From Marsupella aquatica (Eukaryota > Plantae > Marchantiophyta), in contig OZ316896.1 of NCBI GenBank assembly GCA_973895155.1, forward strand, positions 18,154,754-18,218,753: DNA of 64,000 nucleotides. The letters are read 5' to 3'. The notes below the pieces were generated by a model that searched no databases, was not told where the DNA came from, and was given only the letters and a program-made list of their open reading frames with translations. The translations under genes were made by a program, and so were the position numbers. Below, piece after piece: positions 40,909-53,700 of this stretch. Positions within the stretch are counted from its first letter, which is position 1. Every line of letters starts with the position of its first letter.

Positions 40909-42653
40909 GTGTCGCCGGGTTAGCGGTGAAGGGAAGAAGATCGGAGACGCTATGCTTCTCAATTGCTCGAGATAGTTGACGCTTTTCCGCTGATGCCGGT
41001 GCAATTTCTATGGAAAAACGTTGAGCGATGGGGTGGAAGTTATGGCTTTTGTGTATACACTTAAGTATATACACTTAAGTCAAACAGGACCCCCCCCCTC
41101 CCTCTTTTCCTTTGCGCTTTGCTTTCACGGTTTTTCATTTCCGGCCGCTGCCAACTGCTGCTTCAGCACCTGCCACGACCTTTTTCGGGCCATTTTTTTC
41201 GTTGTTTCTTTTGCCGGCCACGGCTGCCATCCTGCCTCGGTCGCAGCGTGACCACCTCCTCGCTGCCTCGACCACCTCGCGAATACCTCCCGAGTGCATA
41301 GGGCCGCGCGCCCGTTTCTTCCCCTCATTTTCTTTCCCTTCACCTTTCGCCTTACGTTTTAATGACTCTTTCGGGGCAGCGAGTACAAGCCGAGAGCCGA
41401 GAGGAGAAGGCACAGAGGCCTCTGAAGATTTAACGAGGGGAGGGGGAAGCGAAAGGGGGGGCGCGAAACCCTATGCTGCATTAAAGGGGGAGGGGGAGCC
41501 AAAGCATGAGTGCAGGGAGTACATTCCACTCCCTCTCTCGGGAGTCGTCCTGCAGGGCACAAAGCCCACTTTCAGCAGCATTAAAGGGGGAGCGAGAGTG
41601 CCAGGAGAGGGCACGAGGCCCTAAGCAACATTAATGCAGGGGGAGAGGCAACCAAGCATAAGCGACAGCAAGGGGGAGGGGGAGTTGAAGCGCAAGGAGG
41701 GCATGAGGCCCTATGGAGAATTAAAGGGGGGGAGTTACATTCGACTCCTTTCCCTGGAGTCCTGCATTTAAGGAGTGGATTCAGGGGGAGCTCGTAGCCT
41801 CCCTTTTCGGGAGCTCATAAGGACTAAGGAGGGCGTATGGCACGAACTACTATGCAGGGCTGGAGCAATTAAGGCCATTTTTCTTTTCTCTCGCCTCGCC
41901 TTGGGTCCCGTCTTTTTCCCCCGTTCCTCCGTGGTCGCTCGTCCGCTGCGCGAGGGTCTTTCGACTCCCATGAGGGCATGTACATAGGGCACCGCGGCCA
42001 GTCCCCACTACGACCATTTTGCTGCCGACACGCGCCCGGTCTCTTTTCCGTCTTGCTTGCTACTTCCCAGGTCCACATCGGGGCCCGATGTATACACTTA
42101 ACCGGGCCCCATGTTTATACATTTGAAAGGGCCGATGTATACACTTAAGGGGGGCCCCGGTTTACGTTTTTAAGGGCCCATTTTCCGGATTTCTTTGCTG
42201 CCGCCACGTGTCATTTGCATAAAGCTGAGGGCCCGGCATATTCATCAGACAGTCAATCCAGCAAGCACAACACCAGTACAATTGGAGTTTTTAAGGGTCT
42301 TTTCTTTGCCAACGGTTTTTCTGTGTGTTTACACATTCGACACATTTCTGCCTCGCACCGTTTATTTCCTAGCCTTGGGGCTGCCATTTCTTTTTCTTGT
42401 CAGTTTCTTTCCCATTGGCACCCAGGTGAGCATGCAGCATGTTAGCCGACGAGCCAGGAGGTAGCAGCACATCGCCACCAACACCCAGGTACCATTTACG
42501 GAGTGATCCACGACCATTGGTGCCAATTTCAACGACGTCCGCAGGCAGCAGCACCCACACCACGCAATCCTTCTGCTCAATTTGGCGGTCGCTTCACCAC
42601 TAACCCGAAGCCTGCTATCACTTCCTTGCCATTTACCCATTCTGCATTAGTGG

Positions 42654-45190
42654 TTGTTCCAGCTTCACCGACATACAGCATGGATGCTAGCCAGGTATGT
42701 GCACCACGAGGCTTTGGATGTGTATGAGCAGCACTCTCAACGGCTGCTTGCTGTCACACAATTGCCTAACCCTGCCTATGCCAGTGCAATTGCGGCTGCC
42801 TCACAATTGGCATTACAGAATGCCATTGCAGCCCATGCTGCTGCTCCTGCCACTTCCCCTCCTACTCCAGTTCCTACCAATGCGCCAGTTACTCCCACTA
42901 TCTTGGCACAGGCTACATCAGGCATTTCTCCCACCATTGATTCCCCTGCCTTTGCTGATCCAGTGGCTGAGTTTTTCCAGGTTCTTGAATTGGAATTCCC
43001 CATCAAGAGTGCTGACAAAATCATGCAGTTGGCCACCTTGTGAGGCAGCGCGATGAAACCTTGAAGATGATGTATCGCCAGCTTCTCAAGTTGAAGGAGG
43101 ACACCCAGAGCATCACTGACCTGGAAGCTGCTCATCGCTATCTTCACGCATTGGAGGGCACACCAGCTCTCCATTCGCAAGTGTTGTAGCAAGTATTCTC
43201 AGATTTTGGAGATAGCTACACCCTGCTCAATGTCTATGACACTGCTGAGAAACTTGAGTTGGCCCATGCACATTATGAGGCCAGTATTGCGCGTCCACCG
43301 CGATCCAGGTACCAGGCTGCTGCTCCTACAATGCCCACCCCTTCCCGTGTGCCACAGTATGCTTCCAAGACCAAACCAGCACATGCTGCCATCTTGCAAC
43401 TACTATGGAAATCCTAATCACAAGGCTAATGAATGTGATATTGTTGCTGAGGACCTGTCTTGTGATTTTTGCGGGAAAGTGGGCCACTTGGAGGCAGTTT
43501 GTTTTGCCAAATTCCCAGAGCGGAAGCAGCTACGACAGCAGGCCCCTCATCCTGCTCCTGCTTCCACTCCCCCACCAGCTAGGAGGGCTCCTACTGCATC
43601 CACTGCTCCTCCTTCCAGTGGCAAAGCACCCGGTGCTAACAAATTGCCCAAGCAGCCACAGAAGCAACCAGCTCAGAAGGAGGCTCACAACGCACAGGCA
43701 ACTCAACTCCAGTCTCTGACTCATGAGGTTGAGTCCTTACGTGCCCAACTTGCCAACATCAAAGGCAAGTCCACTGCCTTTGCTGGTCCTTCTCAACCGG
43801 CTGGTCACGTGCAACCCATCCCTGGCCCAGGCACCACTAACAATTCAGCACCTCTACCCCGCTCTTTCTATGGCTTGCCATTTGATGCTCATATGGGTGA
43901 GTGTGTGCTATCCTCTGCTCCACAGCCTGGCCTTATAGCAGAATTTTCAGATTCATTCTGCCCTTCCTATTTTGCTTACCAGCAGGCCAGTGCTGCCTCC
44001 CGTATTGCTCCCACACGCCGCATTGTACAGGCTGATGGTCTTGCTACTGGTCCTATGACTAGAGCCAAGGGAGCTCGGGCTGTCATGCCCCAATCTTTTC
44101 AGCCCCTCACACTTGCTGAAGAGCGCACCTTGTTGGCAAGGGGGGAGGGAGCTGCAGCCACATCCATTCCACCACGAGGTGCTGCTGACATTTCACAGGG
44201 AGTTGTTTCTCCTGAGCTGCTTGAGCATTTCACCTCTGGTATGGCACAAAGGATTCTTACAACTCCACTTTTCAGTTGCCATGATTTACAGTTGGATGCT
44301 AGAGCTGTCATCAGAGGGCTAGAGGGTTCACTGCATTCTTCATCAGCCCCGGTGACACCGGTTTTGGAGGTCCAATCTCATGTACATACTGGACCTTCTT
44401 CTTCTCCTTTACATGTTTCCACTAGTTTGGCTGCCCCAGTACCGATTGCTGCTGATTGTGTGACCAGAGCTACACTTGATTCTGGTCATGCTGCTCTATC
44501 TTTCCTGGCTATGTTGTTGAGTGGGAAGACCGTGGCCACTAACTCCCTTCACAAGGTACCTCATCATTTGCCAAAAGTGATGCCTAGTGACAGGACTTTA
44601 GTTTCCACCACCATTGCCATTGTTGACAACAGGAATTCAGCGGTCAAGTTGGAGGGTCACATTCCTCAGGTGGTCATGCTAGACACAGGCGCTCAACCAG
44701 TGATATTGGGCATTCAGTTTGCCAAGAAGATGGGACTGCTGACTGATCATTTACAGCAATCCAGGTGGCACATTCGGACTGCTAGTGGCACTGTAGAGGA
44801 TGTGCTGGGTGAGAGTTCTACTTTACTCACTCTCACTTTTAATGGAGGTACAGATCAGGAATTGCAATTCCCAGTCAGATGTTTGGTTACCAATGCCACT
44901 ACGTATGATGTGCTCATTGGCCAGGAGGCTTTGTTCCCACCAAGTTTTACCATTGACAACTGGCATGAGCACGCATACTACAGAGTTGATTGGCATACGG
45001 ATGGCTCACACTTGGGCTACATTCCACTTGATTTGCATGGTGCCCATACACCTATGGCTCACCACTGTGTGTTGAAAGCAGTGCACACAGCTACCTATGT
45101 CAATCACCCATTGCAGGATTGGATTGAGGAGGATGATGATGAGGTGGCTGCTGCACATGCTGTTGCACGTATAGCAGCACTTTTCCATCA
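42654..45190 (+). pseudogene. Gag (two CCHC zinc knuckles) and aspartic protease of the Gypsy-type element, disrupted
   Basis: Gag-like block LAT../RQRDETLKMMYRQL; knuckles CNYYGNPNHKANEC and CDFCGKVGHLEAVC; protease VVMLDTGAQPVILG...YDVLIG. Frameshifts near 43040, 43385 and 45190, and a TAG at 43187. Confidence 0.85.
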
Positions 45191-45339
45191 GCGTGGATCA
45201 TCAACCAGAGGTGGTACAACGGCTCCAAGCAGCCCATGGACCTTTGGTGGCTGCATTGCACAAATTTGAGGACCTTGGGCAGCACAATGGACAACCAATA
45301 GCCCCAATCTTGAGTGCACCAGTTACATGGACTCCTCCT

Positions 45340-46290
45340 CCGGATGGCCTTACATTGCTTGAGCTTTTTGGTGGCATTTCTACAGGCCTGGAAGCTCTCC
45401 TACAGTCTGGCATGGTGGTGAAGCAGTACATCTACGTGGACATTGATCCAGGTGCAAGGCAAGTGGCTGAATCCCGTCTGCTGGAATTTTCAGAGCGATT
45501 TCCCCAGCAGTTTCCACACAGTGCATGGAAGTCTGCATTTTCTTTCTTTCCTCCAGATATCTAGCTTGTCCAGCACCGGCACTTAACCCTTCTTGGCTCC
45601 CTTGATTTGATCATAGCTGGTTGGGAATGCCAAGGGTTTTCAGCTGCTGGTCACAGTGCTAGACTGCATGATTCTCGTTCTGGCCTTTTCACAACATTGG
45701 TTCAGATTCTCACCTGGGCTCAATCCCTTTATCCTGCTGTTGATTATATCATTGAGAATACTCCATCTCAGTTTGACCAACGTCCACAGGTCAAAGAGGA
45801 TTTTAGTGTGGTCCAGCACTACTTGGGACCACCCCTTCTCATTGATGCAGTGCACTATGGTTCTTATGCACATCGTCTTCGTAACTTTTGGACTAACCTT
45901 GCACCACCTTCCTTGTTGGAGTTAGCTCTTCACCACACATCCAGGGACACTAACCTCACAGTGGACCAGATTTTGGATCCTGACAGTTCTTGCCAACCGG
46001 TTACACGGCAAGAGCCAGCACCTTGGTATCCAACTAATACCATTGGACAGCCCCGTGCTGCTTGGCCTACATTTGTGTCCTTTCCAGGTGCACATGCTTT
46101 TCAGGGTGATGGTCCTGGCCTAGTTTATCGACATTCTACTGGTACATGGGATGAACCTAGTCCTGAGGAGAGAGAACGGGCTATGGGCTTCCAACCCGGT
46201 ACTACAGGTCACACCAAAATCACCAGGCTGGCCAGGAATGCTTCACTTGGCAGGGTAATGGATCTTAATGCTCTCACTTGGCTTCTGGTC
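45340..46290 (+). pseudogene. DNMT3-like C5-cytosine DNA methyltransferase domain within pol, with one in-frame stop
   Basis: Motif I LLELFGGISTG, II YVDID, IV LIIAGWECQGFS, SRSGLF, VI IIENT, VIII AHRLRNFWTN, IX ERERAMGF, X RLARNASLGR. The ORFs at 45193 and 45607 are in the same frame, separated only by TAG 45562-64. Confidence 0.9.
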
Positions 46291-46629
46291 ACTTGCATCC
46301 TTTTTCAGATGTACTTTCATCCAGCATCAGGAGTTCCAGCCCTACCACTCCATGGTGCTGCTACATGGCATCCAGACCAGGTGCACTTACCTCTGTCCAA
46401 CACTCACCACTTCAGTCCAAGTGTTGGGGGGGAGGAGGTCCCTTGTAATGTGGCTGACATTATTTCTGAGTTTCATGGTGTGGATCAGACCAAAGCAACA
46501 GATACAGTAGGCCTTGGAGAGGCCTCATCACCTTATCAGCAACATGCTAGCAGCTTGGACAGTGGAGAGGCTGGCACTTCTGGCTCTTCAAGCACGAGTA
46601 CATTAGGTCCTATTCCTAGTGTTGCCAAC

Positions 46630-47585
46630 TACACATTCATCATGGGCAACCACCTGAGTAAAAGACAGAAGGACCAGCTGCTGAATTTTCTCCTCAAGCA
46701 TGAGAATGTGTTTGCTTTCTCTATGAAGGACTTGGGTAAGTGCAAGACTATGCAGTTCTCCATTGAGTTGGCTGATGAAACACCTATCTTCAGGCGGAGA
46801 CACCGTTTGAGTAAGCATGAGTGGCAGCTGATGGATAAGAGATGCCAAGAGCTCTATGAAGCTGGTCTTATTCAGCCATCTACATCAGATTTTGCAGCAG
46901 CTACAGTGATGCCAGCAAAGAAGGATTCCAGTGGATTGTGGACAGAGAAGCGCATGTGTGGGGACTACAGGCCACTGAACCTGGTCACACCCCAAGACAG
47001 GTATCCCATGCCACGGCCAGAGGAGCTATTTGACAGCATTGGAGACTCAGACATCTTCACTCTTGTGGATCTAAGGCAAGGCTTTAACCAGATTTTGTTG
47101 CTTGCAAAGGACCGCAAGAAAACAGCTTTCCATGGTAGTAACCAACTATGGGAGTGGTTGGTGATGCCATTTGGCTTGAAGAATGCGCCCATATTCTTTC
47201 AAAGAGTCATGGACCAGGTTCTTCAAGGTGCTGAGTTTCTGAAATGCTACATTGATGATGTGTTGGTCCACAACAAAGGATTTGACCAGCATCTACTTGA
47301 CCTTGAGGAGCTATTCATGAGGCTTAAGAAGGTGAACCTAAAGATACACCCCAAGAAGTGTGAATTTGCTGTCAGATCAGTAGTATACCTTGGGCACCGC
47401 ATTCTTCCAAATGGAACCATGGCTCACTGGGCCAAGGTGGTATCCATCTTGGTAATGCCCACTCCTACCGATGTTCACACTTTGAGGAGTTTTATTGGGT
47501 TGTGCAATTACTACCGGATCTACATCAAAGATTTCAGTACCATTGCACACCTATTGTATGCTTTGTTGAAAAAGAATGTGACTTG
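46630..47585 (+). pseudogene. Gypsy-type reverse transcriptase, in frame with the methyltransferase, interrupted by the Copia insertion
   Basis: KRMCGDYRPLN, DRYPMP, VDLRQGFNQI, VMPFGLKNAP, CYIDDVLV, KKCEF, YLGH, LRSFIGLCNYYR. Confidence 0.95.
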
Positions 47586-47929
47586 TGTTAGATATTGCTC
47601 TAGTCTTGTGACTCATGAGCTAACTACAGTTAGGCTAACTCGGGTTAGGACTTAGCTAATGTTAGCGGTAGTGCTATTGTGCATATAGCCAGGGCTGATG
47701 CCAGACCCTGGTGGAACTTAGGCTCATTGTTACGGAGCTAGTTGAGAGATAGGAAGAGCTTGTGTTGTGGATGCTTGGTATGGCCGGTCGGCCTAGAGTG
47801 CAGTAAAGCTCTTGTGTGTTCCCGTGGACGTAGCCTCATGTGGAGGTGAACCACGTATCTCTCTGTGTCGACTCTTGTGCGTTGGATGGTTCATGGGCTT
47901 GCCGTTGCGAATGTCGTCTATGCTCAACA
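47586..47929 (+). repeat. Copia 5' LTR
   Basis: TGTTAGATATT...GCTCAACA, matching 54152-54495. Confidence 0.96.
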
Positions 47930-47931
47930 AG

Positions 47932-47943
47932 TGGTATCAGAGC
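47932..47943 (+). promoter_or_regulatory. Copia primer-binding site (initiator tRNA-Met)
   Basis: TGGTATCAGAGC two bases after the 5' LTR. Confidence 0.92.
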
Positions 47944-49669
47944 ATGCCTGGGAGGTGACGAGGTTTTTTCGTGACAGGTTTTTCCAGCGTTCATTGTCGG
48001 TGGCACATTCGGAGTTTCGTCGCATGAAATTCGAATGTGTGTGGCTGAGCGGATAGGTTAGTGAGAGGGCTTTCTAACGGTGGTTAGAACTCGCTGATCG
48101 GTGTCCGTGGTGCGGAGGAATTGAAGTTTGCGTCGTTCAGATTTTATTCGTGTTCGACGGGATTTTGGGGGAGAGACCAGAGTTTGCGTTGTTCAACAGT
48201 GTGAGTTGTGCGGTGTTCGGGGGATCGCACATTATAGCTTAAGTTGAAGGTTGAAGCGAGCTGGTCATTTCGGTAGCTGGATTGCTGTCGAGTTGTTATC
48301 GAGTGCGTCGTGACGAGTGAAGGAGGCGTTCAGGTTTTTTCACAAGCTATGGAGCTTGTTCTCATCTGAACCGGTTTTCTCTTCGTGCCGTCCGACTCGA
48401 TGGAAGAGACGCGAAGTGCCACGGCTCAACGGTTTGATCGCGGTGAGGCGGTCGTTTTGAGCCCGGGATTGGCACTTGACGCGGAGTGAAGACGTTGCGG
48501 CGGAAGTTTTTACTCTGTTGGAGCTGCAGACCATATCGGTGTAATTCAACAACATTTCTTGTCGGCGGAGTTCACTTTTCTCGTGAGGAACAGTGGCTGA
48601 TTAGGTGAGTAATCGGCATTTGTTAATTAAGGGTCATTTTTTGCCTTTAAGGGGGTTACTTGGGGCCCCTTTTGTGTATACACGAGGTGTATACACACAC
48701 CTCGTACCCGGCCCCCCCGTGACCCCGATCGTCGTCTCCCCCCTCCCCCGCACCCCGTATTTGCAGGCGCGCGGCAGCCCTGCGCAGCGCCGGCCGGCGC
48801 GAAAGTGGCCGCTCAGCTGCTGCTGCCTCTTTCTTTCTTTTTTCGCCCCGCCCTATCCCGCTGCCACGCCTTAGGCGCACACGCCCTCCCTGCCAGCTTG
48901 CGACCTGCCGGTCGCCAAGCCATCCCCCCTGACCGTCATCTTTCGCGACCGCGACCCCGAGTTGCTGCCGGCGCGCGGCTGTGTTAGCCTGCGACCCTGC
49001 GCCCTGCGCCTGAACGCGCCCCTTTTGCTGCCGGTCGCGTACACGGTAATACTAGTACTCGGCCCGGCCATACGCCCTCCCTATACCCTACCTGGCCCGC
49101 CTCGCGTATAGGCGACGCGGATGCGCCTTTGGTTATACCTGTATTTTTAGGATTTAGGGCACTTTGCACCCCTTTAGGGCCATTTTTTGTCTTTTTCTGG
49201 CTGGCTCTTCTATTGACTGTCCCGGGACCGGTGACCCTCCGTTTTAACCGCTCCAACAGGGGGAACGCCCCCTGTGAGACCTGTCGGACTGTGCGGGAAT
49301 ATTCCCGAAAAACAGAGAGCTGTTTTTTGGCCGTCCGACAAAGATTCCGTCCGCCGAACGGTAACTTTTTTGGTTCTTTTTCGGTGAGGACGTTGCCACT
49401 GGAGTTAGCAACGCGGCGCACCGATCACATCGCGATTCCGACGACGGGTTGTACTTGGTATTTCCGTTATTCTCCGAGGTGGTTAAAACGGGGGAGTTTC
49501 CCAAGGTTTTACCCACCCCGACCGAAATTTGAATAACTTTTCCATCGAATTTCGATTTTGATTTCGGCTTTCAGTATTGGACTCCTAGCTTTGTGGGCTA
49601 CGCGGCGGTGTTGAGTTTTGAGTTTTATGAGAAGTTTCGAAAAAAGACGTTTTTTCGTGATTGTTTCAT

Positions 49670-50725
49670 ATGAGTGACTTAGAGGATACTGGAAGAATTG
49701 GCGTCGGTGGAGCTTCAGGATCACGAAGGTCAGATGGGGAGTCTGAGGAGGAGCTGCTACCTTTTGAGGAGGAACAAGTAACACCGGTACGATCACCGGT
49801 GCGGCGTGCAGTGGAGGAAGCTGTACTACTACCAGAGCTGTTGGTAGTTGGGAAGAAGAGGGGGATGGCTAGATTCGGAGGAGTAAAGTTTGAGGTGGAG
49901 AAGTACGATGGTCGTACTGATTACTTGCTGTGGGAGAAGCAAGTGAAGGGTGTTCTTCGGGCCATGGGCTTAGCTCATCTGCTCTCTTCGCGAGAGCAAT
50001 ATGATGGAGAGGAGGAGATCTCAGAAAAGCAGTGGAGACAGGAGCAGGTGATTGCTGTTAATGCAGTGATGCTTTATTTGAAGCCGCACATCATCAAACA
50101 GCTGAATGATTATGCGGATTGCGCATCACTATTCAAGGCTCTAAGAGAGAAGTATTACCGGGAAGATGCGTCAGACCGGCTATACAAGAAGTCTCTCTTG
50201 ATGAACCTCAGGCTCAAGGAAGGGAGCAAGATGCAGGATCACCTGGATGAATTTGACAGTCTAGCGGTGGATCTGTCAAACCTGGGAAAAGGAGTTGAAG
50301 ATGAGGATAAGGCCTTGCTTCTACTAAGCTCCTTACCGCCGTCATATCAGGGCTTGAAATAGGTGCTCTTGTATAGAGATCTGAAGTCCATTTCGTATAA
50401 TGAGGTGGTGAGCTCATTACTGTCTGATGATGCTCAGAAGAAGCTGGGTCAATCACAGACAACATCTTCTTCTGGCACTGCGCTCAATGTGAACAGGGGA
50501 AGAGCAGCGCAGCGCACAAATGGACAGAACAGGTTTAGATCTACATCACGGGGGAGATCTAAATCCAGAGGGAAATCGCAAGAGAGGAAGCCTCTTGCAT
50601 GTTGGAATTGTGGCAAGCCTGGCCACATGAAAAGGGATTGTCGAGTAAAGGTCCCTACTGCCTCTGCTAACGCGGTATCAAGCTCGCATGAGGTAGATTT
50701 ACTCGATGATGATGACATATTGTGA
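49670..50725 (+). pseudogene. Copia gag with a premature TAG at 50360
   Basis: KFEVEKYDGRTDYLLW, LLLSSLPPSY, zinc knuckle CWNCGKPGHMKRDC. The frame continues through the stop. Confidence 0.9.
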
Positions 50726-53700
50726 TGTCAAGGTTATGCTCTCAACGTAGTGTCAAATCCAGGTAGTGATGACTGGATTCTAGATAGTGCATGTACTTTT
50801 CACATTTGCTCTAGGAGAGATTTTTTCAGTTCTTACACGGTTTCCAACGGGTCAGTGTTGATGGGAAATGGAATCCCATGTCAAGTTGTTGGACTTGGAT
50901 CTGTAAGATTTCAGATGTTTGATGGTGCTGTGAGAACGTTGAGGAATGTAAGACATATTCTCAACATGATGAAAAATCTCATTTCACTTGGAGTTTTAGA
51001 AGCAAATGGCCATCAGTGGAGTTCTGCTAATGGTGTCCTTCAGGTTTCAACTGGTACTAAAGTTGTATTGAAGGGAAAGAGACATTGCAATCTATACATT
51101 TTGGAGGGCAGTGTAGTCAGTGATGAAGCCAATGCAACCTTATCTCATGAGGAGACGGCCCGGCTGTGGCACTTCTGTTTGGGCCACATGAGTGAAAAAG
51201 GTTTGGTTATTCTTCAGAAGAAAGGATTACTTTCTAATTTGCAGTCTTGTAAGTTAGAATTTTGTGAGCACTGTGTCCTAGGGAAGCAGCACAGGAAACC
51301 CTTCGGAGTTGGAACTCACACCAGCAAGGAGGTACTTGAGTATGTACATAGTGATGTGTGGGGTCCAGCCCCTACTCCCTCACATTCTGGACGGTTATAC
51401 TATGTCACGTTTATAGACGATTACTCAAGGTATGTGTGGATATACTTTCTACACAATAAGTCTGATGTTTTTGCCATTTTTAAGGAGTGGAAAGCCCAGG
51501 TTGAGAATCAGACTGGTAATAAGGTGAGATATCTTCGATCGGATAACGGCGGTGAATACAGTTCCAGGGAATTTGGAACGTATTGTAAGGAGCAAGGGAT
51601 TACCCGCCATCTCACAACAAGTTATACTCCTCAGCAGAATGGTGTTTCTGAGAGACTCAACCGAACACTATTGGACCGCTCGAGGAGTATGTTGAGTCAA
51701 TCATGCTTACCACATGAGTTTTGGGCTGAAGCTGTTAACACTGCAGCTTATTTGGTAAATTTTTCTCCATCCAGTTCTATTGGATTCAAGACGCCATATG
51801 AAATGAGGTACGGGCGTCCAACAGATTATTCACATCTGAGGATTTTTGGATGTGATGCTTATGTGCTTACACCTTCCCAGCTTCGATCCAAGCTGGAGTC
51901 CAAGTCGAATAAGTGCATTTTCCTTGGCTATCAGAAAGGTGTGAAGGGTTATAGGTTATGGGATCCAGTAACCTGTAAGCTAATTGTCAGTAGAGATGTG
52001 TCCTTTAATGAATCCAGATCATCAAAGGAGGGGGAGAGTTCTCAGGACTCCCATACTGACAAGGGGAAATCTCCCATCCCGGACCGGGTTGAGGGGGAGA
52101 TTAGTCATGATGCAGTTCATGACAGGAAAGATGGAGAAGCTCCGAGCTTGGAGCTGGTTCCTGTGATGGAACAAGAGGAGCAAATTGTTGCTGGGGTACC
52201 TCAAATTCAACCAGTAGCAGCAATAGATCAGCCTGAGTCATCTACTAGAAGAACTTCCAGTCGTTCTACTAGAGCTCCTACCAGGTATGGTCAATGGGCA
52301 GACTCATCTAAGCTAGATGATATTGACATTGCACCTGATGAAGATGATATGGCTTTGATCTTGGAAGAAAGAGAGCCTTCTTCGTATAGTGAGGCTTGTG
52401 CTTCAGAGCAGAAGCATGAGTGGAATGCAGCAATGCAGAGGGAGTTGCAATCTTTGAGTGACAACAAGACATGGGAGCTAGTGGAGCTTCCAAGAGGTCA
52501 GCAAGTGGTGGATAGTAAGTGGATTTACAAGTTGAAGGACAGTCCTTCAGAGGGTGGAGATAAGATCTACAAGGCAAGGCTTGTTGCCAAGGGGTTTACT
52601 CAGGAGAAAGGAGTCGATTACAATGAGGTCTTTTCACCGGTGGCTAAGTATTCCACAATTCGGATCTTGTGTCAGCTTGTTGTGTTTTTCAATCTGGTGA
52701 TGGATCAGATGGATGTTGTTACTGCTTTTCTCTATGGCAACTTGGAAGAGTTGATCTTCATGAGACAGCCACTAGGCTTTATGAAGAAGGGCCAAGAGAA
52801 CTTAGTTTGCAGATTGCTCAAATCCTTGTATGGATTGAAGCAGTCTCCCAGACAGTGGAACAAGCGGTTTGATGATTTCATGCTTGCTCAAGGTTTTACA
52901 AGGATGGTGTATGATCCTTGTGTGTATACGAAATCAGTCAAGAATGATGTATTTGGTTTCATCATTCTGGTGATCTATGTGGATGACATGCTGATTGTGG
53001 CTAAAGATCAATCTGAGGTTGACAGTCTCAAGGCGAAATTGAGTGCTGAATTCAGGATGAAGGATCTTGGTAAGGCCAAGAGGATCTTAGGGATGGAGAT
53101 TTTTAGGAACTCTGATACTGGACAGTTGTGCTTGAGTCAAGGCCAGTATGCGAGGAAAGTACTTGCACGATTCAACATGGAGAACTGTAAGCCAGTGAGT
53201 ATTCCTTTAGCTTCACATTTTAAGTTATCATCGGCTTTCTCTCCTACGGATGCTGTGGAGAAAGGTTTGATGGCTAAGATTCCTTATGAGAAGGCAGTAG
53301 GCAGTCTGATGTATTTGATGACTTGTACTAGGCCTGACTTAGCCCTAGCGATGGGCAAGGTTAGTAGATTCATGTCAAATCCAGGGAAGGTACATTGGGA
53401 AGCTGTGAAATGGATTCTCAGGTATGTGAAGGGAACACAGGACTATGGATTACTATTTGATAACAGATCAAATAGAACATTAGTTGGCTATGTAGATTCT
53501 GACTATGGAGGCTGTCTGGATACAAGGAGATCTACAACTGGGTTTGTATACACTCTTGGAGGAGGATGTATCAGTTGGAAATCTACCTTGCAGAAGTGCA
53601 TATCTCAGTCTACTACAGAAGCAGAGTATGTTGCAGCAGCAGAAGCTGCAAAGGAAGCAATTTGGTTGGATAAGTTGATTGCGGAGATGGGTTTAGAGCA

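Noticed and set aside
41021-42640. Many overlapping 60-170 aa ORFs in the Gypsy leader
   Set aside because: GC-rich, low-complexity sequence yields ORFs in all frames; none has a recognisable motif.
48605-49536. ORFs in the Copia leader as an extra gene
   Set aside because: Same GC-rich artefact; no motif, and ORFs occur on both strands.
50693-50732. GT-AG intron removing the Copia gag stop
   Set aside because: Only 40 nt long, and splicing would put pol out of frame.
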